From Phallusia mammillata (lineage: Eukaryota): DNA of 64,000 bases. This document shows positions 56,477-64,000 of this stretch, in pieces; position 1 is the stretch's first letter, and the number at the start of each line of letters is the position of its first letter. The notes beneath the pieces are model-generated. The model was given only the letters and a program-made list of their open reading frames with translations. It did no database searches and had not been told where the DNA came from. The translations under genes and the position numbers were made by a program. Location: positions 13,392,001-13,456,000 of the forward strand of contig OZ281499.1 in assembly GCA_965637545.1 (NCBI GenBank), in the 5' to 3' direction.

Positions 56477-59400
56477 CTACACCGTCAAATCCCTGAGGTC
56501 TTGAATAATATCCTTATGTGTTGTGTCAACCCTATTGTTTTCGACTGCAAGTCGATGTGCAATAGCTTTTTTAATGGTAGAAATTATGTGATGAGGTAAA
56601 ATGTTTCTGTCTTCGTATTTTATGCGGTTTCTGGCTTTCCAGATGTGGTGCCGAGTGAGTGTAAAGATGTATACTAGGTGCTCTGTAAATATTTCAATGT
56701 TGGGTGGAATGATAAGTTTTATGATCATGTCTCCGCAGAGCGTGGTGTCAGTGTGTGTAATACGGTTTGTAAGGCGTTGTATGTAGTCCCGTACCGGGGA
56801 GAGTACGGGACACGAGGTGAAAATGTGAGTGGAGGTCTCTGGGCTCCTCCCACAGAATTGGCACAACGTGGTTGGGTCAAGAGAAAATGGAAAAAATTTG
56901 GAGGATACGGGTAGTACATCCCAAATAGTTCTGTAGTTGAACGACTTCATTGCGTTGGTGAGGATAGGGTGGTGAACATTGCCCCAGCGACGGTCGTGGG
57001 ACGCTTGAGAGCCGCCCGCGCCAGGGATATTCGTTTGGGAACAGGTTATTAACCGATAAAGGGTACGGATGGATCCACGGACGAGTTGGTCAAAGGTTAA
57101 ATTATATTTTTCAATAAGAGATAGGGTTTTACTATAGAAAGGTGAAGGACTAACAGCATGGGGATGGTTGTTGCGCAAGCGCAGATCAAACCGGTGGGAG
57201 AGCTGTAGTCCGATGTTATACTCGACCATGGCCATACCGGGGGAGGTTGGGGTGTCGTTCAATCTATGTCTACAGTAGGAAAATATAGGCTGCATAAAGA
57301 AAAGATCGCAGTAAAGTGGACAGTTCGCCACGTTGTAGCCTCCTCTGTCAAAAGGGAGTGCCAGAGTGTCAATGGGTATGATCAGTTTCGTGTTGTTCGT
57401 CATAAACACCTCGCACGCGCTATTCACCCTTCGCCTAAGGGAGTGGGGGATAGGGTATGTCGAGGCCTGGTAAGTGAGTAGGGGTAAAAGTTTGGATTTA
57501 GAGATTAATGATTTGGCATTCCAGGTGAGTATGTACCGAGTGTGGTAAGTCATAGAGGAACGGAATGTGCGATAGTGGGCACGCCAGCTCTCGGTTACGC
57601 TACTGGCATTGCCAATAACGGTCCCCAAGAGACTGATGTGGGATGACGTCCACTCAAGAGGTGGTAAAGAAGCCAATGGGGGATTTGGCTTGGTAAAGAG
57701 GCCTTTGGATTTCGACACATTAAGTGCTAGTCCAGAGGCCGAGTAAAGGAGTTCGAGATGCTGGAATGCACGTGTAACAGAGTAGGGATGCGTCAGGGTG
57801 AGGGTTGTGTCATCGGCGTAACTGGGGCACTTGATCACGTGTCTCCCAGGTACGTCGATGCCACGGACGCTTGTGTCTGCCGTAAGGGCTAGTGAGAAAG
57901 GGGTTGCGGCGATTAGGTAGAGGAAGAGACTCAGGGGGTCCCCTTGCCTCACTCCTCTACCCACAGTGAACAGCGGGCTTTGGTGTCCATTAACTAGAAC
58001 ATTCGACTGCGCGTTTGTGTTAAGTGACTGAACTAGTTTTACAAAGTGTTCAGGGAAACACATTTTAGTCATAACCGAATAAAGCCATTCATGGTCAACT
58101 GAATCAAAAGCCTTCTAGAAGTCGAGCGAAATAATGAAAGCATCTGTGCCCCGCTCTATCGCATCACAATAGAGATCTCTCAGCAAAACAGTGGCGTCGG
58201 CAATTCGACGGGCGGGCGCAGCAAATTGTTGGGGGTGCAAGACCTTGTCCAGAAGCGCGCGCATGCGATTTGCCAGAATCTTGGTGTAGATTTTAAGGTC
58301 AGTGTTAAGCAACGAGATCGGGCGGTAGTTCTTCAGCAGTGTTGTGTCGTTTTTCTTATGGATTAGAGTAACTGTGCCACGTTTCATCTCGTCCGGGACG
58401 GTTCCCGACGAGTGTATCGTATTAATGACGTCAGTTAAATCCTGGCCAATGATACGCCAGCACGAGCGGTAAAACTCGACGCTGACGCCATCGGGTCCAG
58501 GGGATTTCCCCAACGACATTTGCATAATTGTGTTCAGCACTTCCTCAGCCGTTATGGGCTTACCTAGTGTATCATCATTCGAGTCAAGTTTAGGGGTGAC
58601 GTGTTGCAGGAAGTGCTGCTGAGCTGCTGTACATGTAGGGCGTTTCGTGTAAAGTTTACTGTAAAAGGTGTGGGCGATGTTAAGCATCTCGTTAGTGTTT
58701 TCCGTGTGGCGACCGGAATCATCACACAGTTTAACAATACCAGTATTAGATCTATGTTCAGTGAAGCGCTGAAAGAACTCCTTGGTACCCCGATCACCGC
58801 GGTCAAAACAGGAAGCTTGGGATTTTAAAATTTTGGCGCGAGCAGATTGTCGCTGGGTGTTGGCCGAAAGGCGTTTTAAAGAGAGGTATTCGGGGAGGAG
58901 GGTAGGGTCCCTTGCCAATTGCCCCCAAATAGCCGTAACCCTTTCCTCAAGCTGTTTGGCTTCCGTGTTTGCCTGTTGTCTGTTCTGTTGTGAGTGTGCT
59001 ATGTTCATTAATTTAATGCGGTGTTTCATGTCGAGCCACCAAGAGAATTTATCCTTGAAGCAGGGGACCTGTAGCGTTCGCCACAAGGCCCACCTGCGTT
59101 CAAGTTCCTCCTGGAAGGCGTCTGTTGTGTAAGTGCTAGTGTTATTCTTCCAGATCCCCTTCCCCCTAGGGGGCTGAGGCTCTCTCCGAATCTGTAGTGT
59201 TATGATGTCGTGGTCTGAAAGTGAATTTTGTGTGCCAAATTCCGAAATGGGGTGCACATGAGATGAAATGTAAAATCTGTCTAGACGTGATTGAGTGTTA
59301 TGTTGTCTACGTGTGTAAAAAATACGGTTGCCGTACAGCTTTCGGAAGGAATCCGACAACTGGAGGTTCTCAACAAGGGCGATAAGACCTGACAACTTTT

Positions 59401-59938
59401 CGTTACTACCACGTAAGGGGGGGAATCGCTCAAGTATCGGGTCCTGCACACCGTTGAAATCACCGGCCAAGAGAGTGGGATGCCTCGAGTAGGTGTAGGT
59501 ATAAAGGGAGTCGAAGAAAGCATTCCTTAAGGGAGTGCTTTCGGTACGGTTAGGGGCATACACGTTTACGACGTGTATGATTGAATGGTAAAGTCTAATG
59601 TCGGCAGCCAAAATTCTACCGTTCCCATCCCCAGAGTGAGAAACAAAGCTAAGGGCGTTATGCTTTAGCAAGATCCCGACTCCGTTCTCCGATCGGGCCC
59701 CCGAAAGAGAAGACCAAAAAATCGCTTTATTCGGCTCCCATTCGACGCACCACCCACCCTCCGTCACAGGAGAACTATGCGTCTCCTGGAGGAGAATGAT
59801 GTGGGCGTCTAACGACCGGAGGGATGACAATACAGCGGATCGCTTAGCTGGATCGGCCATCCCCCCGACGTTGAATGTGGCTATTTTTAGGAAATTCGCC
59901 ATGACTATTGATATTGGCGTGTTACAACGGTGTATCAA
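56477..59938 (-). pseudogene. Tx1 ORF2 (EN + RT + CCHC) with a single nonsense codon
   Basis: ILLQETH, LAGDFN, SRLDRF, LSDH, GVRQGDPLS, SYADD and CQFC...HIFTSC. TAG at 58115-58117 falls in SLDF*KAFD; the two ORF halves are in frame. Confidence 0.92.
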
Positions 59939-59956
59939 AAAAAACGCTTCTAGTCC

Positions 59957-61756
59957 CTAAACGGTATAGTTAAGAGCGTGCATGGGGAAAAACGTTTTAC
60001 ACTCAGAGCATTGGCTACCTTGCCCATCCCCTAACGGATGAGCATGGCCACACGAGCATTTAATGTAGCACTTTTTACAACCCGGGCAAGTTATGGCTTC
60101 TCCCTCTTTAGATAGAAGCGTGTCCTGCCCGCACTCACACGAAACGATATTGTGAAAATTTTCAAAACAGGCCCGCTTTCGGTCATCGCCAGAGTTCGAC
60201 GACGACCTATCACGCTTATTAAGTACCGGTACCTTGTCCTCTCCGCTGGAGTCAGAGAGGTCTCTTGCAGCTTCCAAAAGGTCTTCGAGGATTCCCTCTT
60301 TCAGTTGGATTTCCTTCTCTTCGGCCGGGTCGGCCAATAAATCCACTTCTTTGTCTTCAGCCGGGTGGGCCAATAAATCCAAATCTTTGTCCAATAAATC
60401 CAAGTCCGGATCCTGTGTTGGCGGGGATCTGGGCCCTGTTTTCCCGCCGGTAGGGTCGGGGGCACCCGAGGTACCACCCTCAGGATCAGGTGTGGGCCCA
60501 GATTTCCGCGGGGTTTGCTTCTTTGTCGCCCCGGGTTTCTTGGCTGCGGCACCCGAAGTGCCTCCCGCGCTCTTCTTTGGTTTCCGCGGCGGGTTTCGTT
60601 GTGGCCTTGGGCCAGGAGGGGCGGGGGCACCCGAGGTGTCGCCCTCCGGATTCTGAAGATCCTTTCCTTTGTCGGGGGCACCCGAGGTGCCGCCCTACGG
60701 ATACTGAAGATCCTTTCCTTTGTCGGGGTCACCCGAGGTGACGCCCTCCGGATTCTGAAGTTCCTTGTTGGCCTCTGTTGTTAGAGGCTCCAGTGCCTGT
60801 GCAACCAGGGTGCCTGTCTCGGTGGCACTGGACTTCAGGGGGTTGGCATTCGCGTTGCCGCTTTTCTTTCGGTTTCGGCGTCCCTGGACCACCTGAAAAC
60901 CGTCGTTCTTCTCCGCCCGCACCGGGGTGGAGGTAGCCGAAGGTAGAGGCGGGCCCTCGACCGCTTCCTCTACCGAGTTTTCGGGGGTGTTTTCCCGGCT
61001 TTTGAGTGCCTCGCACTCGTCACGCATGTGCCCAAACTGGCGACATACGAAGCACTGCGGTGGTTGGTTGTCATATTCAATGACAAAGGCCAAACCACCC
61101 AGTCTGATTTTCGGACCAATTGGGCTTTCCTTGAGGTCAACCGTTTTTGTGTCGAAGGTTCGTTTGCCATCGTACAGGCCCCAACGATCCTTGACCTTCT
61201 CGTGCTTCTTGACCTCTCCGTGCTTACGTTCGATGTATGCACGGATTTCCTCGTTGGAGTACCTGGGTGGAACCTCCTTCACCCAAACCCGGGTCCACTC
61301 CGAGTCGTAGAGTTTTGCATACTCCACGTTGGGGTGCGACCCGAGTTTCCTTGGCAGCGTGCGCGCACCCTCCTTGGTGCGGCACGTGAAGTCCATGAGC
61401 CTTCCACGGCGCTCGACGATGCCTTCGAGCTCCTGCGCCGGAAAGTTGACCTTTTTCAACAGTTCATAAATGAACTGTCGAGTCTTCCGGGCAGGAAGCT
61501 TGGCTAGTACTTCAGTCTCCCGACTGAAAGGTGGAAGGTTGCGGCTTGCAACGACATTCCACGCCTTTGCCATGGTCGAAACTCGTTCAAGCGGAACGGT
61601 GAGTTTCGACGTTAATCCTCCTTCAAAGGTCGACCTTGCAGCAGGAAGGTTCGACCGTGACGTCACTAGGTCGAAATCGACTTCGACTTGCTGTGACGAC
61701 GTATCAGCAGTTGGGCCGGCGCCCTGCACGCTGGGTGACCGACTGGTCCTTTCCAC
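59957..61756 (-). pseudogene. Tx1 ORF1 with zinc knuckle, 17-aa repeats and a C-terminal Cys cluster; one nonsense codon
   Basis: ORFs 60695-61756 and 59957-60403 are in the same frame. The TAG at 60695-60697 lies in a 51-bp repeat where sister units have GAG. Confidence 0.8.
60623..60760. repeat. 51-bp coding tandem repeat (~2.7 copies)
   Basis: GGGGCACCCGAGGTGCCGCCCTCCGGATTCTGAAGATCCTTTCCTTTGTC units encoding LQNPEGxTSGxPDKGKD. Confidence 0.85.
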
Positions 61757-62375
61757 GCAAGAGCCCTGAAAAGGGCTGGGAGCCCCGGACGTTCGTCGGT
61801 CTGGGATGGGGGTGGGTGGGTGGAAAAAGCGGGCCGGGGTGTCGTGGGTGCTGGTGTCGAAGGTTTGGGCTCTGCCTTACCGGGCTGGGGTCGCGCTCGG
61901 GGGCAGGCTTGGGGGGGCACAGGCCTCGTGTCCACAAGGTGACGCACGAGGTGGCCGGGGTAGCAGGTGGGGAGTCAACTACCCTTTGTGGTGAACACAC
62001 GGGGTAGTTGGGGTAAGAACGTTTGCGACGGCAATAGAAGTCCGCACAAACGTTAGGCCTAACAGGGGTGGAAACAGTAGATGGGGTAAACGTACAGGGA
62101 GCCGAAATGACTTCTATTCGCGCCAGTTCCACGTGTAAATCTATTGACTTAACTTGCTGATGGCACGGATAAGGGGCAATCTTTTTGTATTGGCGCACCA
62201 GGTCGCACAATAAACATAACATGTCTTAAAACAACAAAAGACGTACCACAAGGGGTTGATAGCGGATAAACAAAGAATAGGTTAAGGAACAAAAAAGATG
62301 TTCATAACGGGACGAAGAACACGATGGCGCCAAGAAATAGGAACGCTGGGAAAACGAAAATAAGAAAGCCCTGTT

Positions 62376-63440
62376 TGATTGGCCCACCGGGCGGCCAATC
62401 AGAGGCTTGGGGCGTTATGCACATGAGACCGCATAAGAGTACGAAAAACGGCAAAGTACAATAATGAAAAAAAAAAAAAGGCTTGACCAAAAATGACAAA
62501 GACGCACGTAAAAGCGCAAATGTACGGGGAAAAAATAAATAAATAAATAAATAGGTCTCGCGGTAAATTAGGGGCTGCCAGGCCGCGTACGTTGTACCGT
62601 TAGGCGGTCAAACTGAGGCTTGAATATATATTAACTAGACGAAGAGCGCGCACGACGGCGCAGACTAAAACACAAACAAGCGGTAGCTACAAAACGCTAG
62701 CTCTGTATGAGTGGACGGTTAGTCGGCCAATCAGAGGCTGGTCAGGTAAACAACACTAGCGCGCGCAAAGTAGGGCCTACGACCCACGGCGACGAAACAG
62801 AAGTAAACAAACGCACTACTACGATGGAACACAGCATAGGGCTGTTGAAACTTGAATGATTGGTCAACGCATTGACCAATCAAAACCAAGGCTTTTCTTA
62901 AAAAAGGGCGGTTATAGGACAAGTACAAGAAACAAAATCACCACTAGGGTTTTTGCTAGTAAGCGTTCTAGTGGTACAAGTATGAAAGTTAGGACACTTC
63001 ATGGTTGTATTGGGGCTCTGCTTTAAGCAAAAGAACCCTACTTAGACAGGAGTGATAATACATCTAAATAACAACACCCTAATAAAATGCATCTAATGAT
63101 GCAGGCGTTTTAATAAAGTAGCGGGGAAAACGGGCTCTATTTGCCGCTATTTAAATAGAAAGATAGGTTTAGCAATGTTACATTGTTATATTACCATTAA
63201 TTGACCAAACAGGGGCGTGTATCTTATCGCTAACAAAGTACGCGCACTAGAGCGCAGACATGTAAAAAAACACTAAACACACACAAGAAAAGGCCCTGTA
63301 TGAACGGGCTATTAAGTAACCAAACAATGGCTTACCACTAACAAAGCACGCGCGCTAAAGCACAACATACAAAGTTACTCTAAAAAAAAAACTCCAAGTA
63401 ATCTAGGCCCTATGTGATTGGTCCGGTAAACGACCAATCA
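62376..63440. promoter_or_regulatory. Four inverted CCAAT-box pairs, TGATTGGYC-N8-GRCCAATCA
   Basis: Copies at 62376-62401, 62708-62733 (degenerate left arm), 62857-62882 and 63415-63440. Regulatory function is not demonstrated. Confidence 0.5.
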
Positions 63441-63491
63441 GAGGCTAGGCGCAGTAACTTATAGGTGGCAAAAGTGTTAGGACGTAAAGGT

Positions 63492-64000
63492 TTACCATGT
63501 AACGTTTACACCATGTGGTGGCTGCACTATGTTGCCACAGCGCGTGCATGATTCGGGGTAACCACCTGGTAAATTGTTAATTTCGTTACAGCAATCACAG
63601 CGACGAAAATAACTTGTACAACTAGGGCAAAAACCGTCACCCTTTTCTGGTGTGATATACACATCAGCCCCGCATTCGCACGGAGCAGCATTTTGATCTG
63701 CGCATACACGTTTACTCGAGTGCGGACTGGATGAAGAGGAGGAAGAGTGCATTCGTTTGATGAATGCCTCAACCTCTTCTTCGGTACTACTACTGTTTAG
63801 TTCTGTAGAGTTAGATAGTAACCTTAACTCGTGTATGAATTCCGGGTCTCCCAGCGGTAAGTTCCTGATACTCGAATCGGGAGGTGGCGGCTGCGCCCAT
63901 GGGTTCTTCTTGTCCGGATTCCTCCAAACGGTCTTCCTCCTTGGTCCTCCTTGGGAAACGGGGGCGCCCGAGGCGCGGCCCTCAGGATTCTCCGTGGCTA
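63492..64000 (-). CDS. C-terminal part of a second Tx1 family-B-like ORF1 (runs off the window)
   Basis: ENPEGRASGAP resembles the copy 4 repeat motif. CECG...CPSC...CDC matches CECG...CPGC...CSC of copy 4 ORF1. Confidence 0.65.
   Translation of the reverse strand, partial: ATENPEGRASGAPVSQGGPRRKTVWRNPDKKNPWAQPPPPDSSIRNLPLGDPEFIHELRLLSNSTELNSSSTEEEVEAFIKRMHSSSSSSSPHSSKRVCADQNAAPCECGADVYITPEKGDGFCPSCTSYFRRCDCCNEINNLPGGYPESCTRCGNIVQPPHGVNVTW

Larger units (their letters stand above)
55120..62250 (-). mobile_element. Tx1-clade retrotransposon, family B (copy 4); 3' end joined to SL gene nt +37, 5' boundary uncertain
   Basis: GC-richer than copies 1-3. ORF1 with CFVCRQFGHMRDEC, ORF2 with EN-RT, 1.35-kb 3' UTR ending AATAAACAAAAGATGC at the SL junction. 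Confidence 0.85.

Noticed and set aside
61704-62222. 172-aa ORF upstream of family-B ORF1 as an ORF0
   Set aside because: It is Pro-rich, lies in GC-rich sequence where open frames arise by chance, and has no domain signature.

Overview
AT-rich, intron-containing eukaryotic DNA, most likely from an ascidian tunicate: it carries a tandem array (~565-577 bp unit) whose core is ATTCTATTTGAATAAG|GTAAG, the 16-nt spliced leader (SL) known from Ciona plus its splice donor. No intact host protein-coding gene is evident. The left half (1-42 kb) is a pile of nested transposons: a P/THAP element; a Harbinger containing a Buster-type hAT and an EnSpm-like element; a ZNF862-like hAT gene containing a pogo element that itself contains a hAT MITE; a degenerate L1/Tx1 retrotransposon containing a hAT MITE and an IS3EU-like element with UIM-HECT ligase cargo; and hammerhead-ribozyme retro-fragments. 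The right half (42.7-64 kb) is an SL RNA gene array invaded by L1/Tx1-clade retrotransposons of two families and by a full-length, SL-trans-spliced CTP synthase retrocopy. The main candidate system is SL-gene-targeted Tx1-like elements. Two related copies begin with the SL exon plus donor, followed by a conserved anti-SL segment that can fold back over both. This suggests capture of the SL promoter and cap while blocking trans-splicing; the mechanism is inferred and untested.
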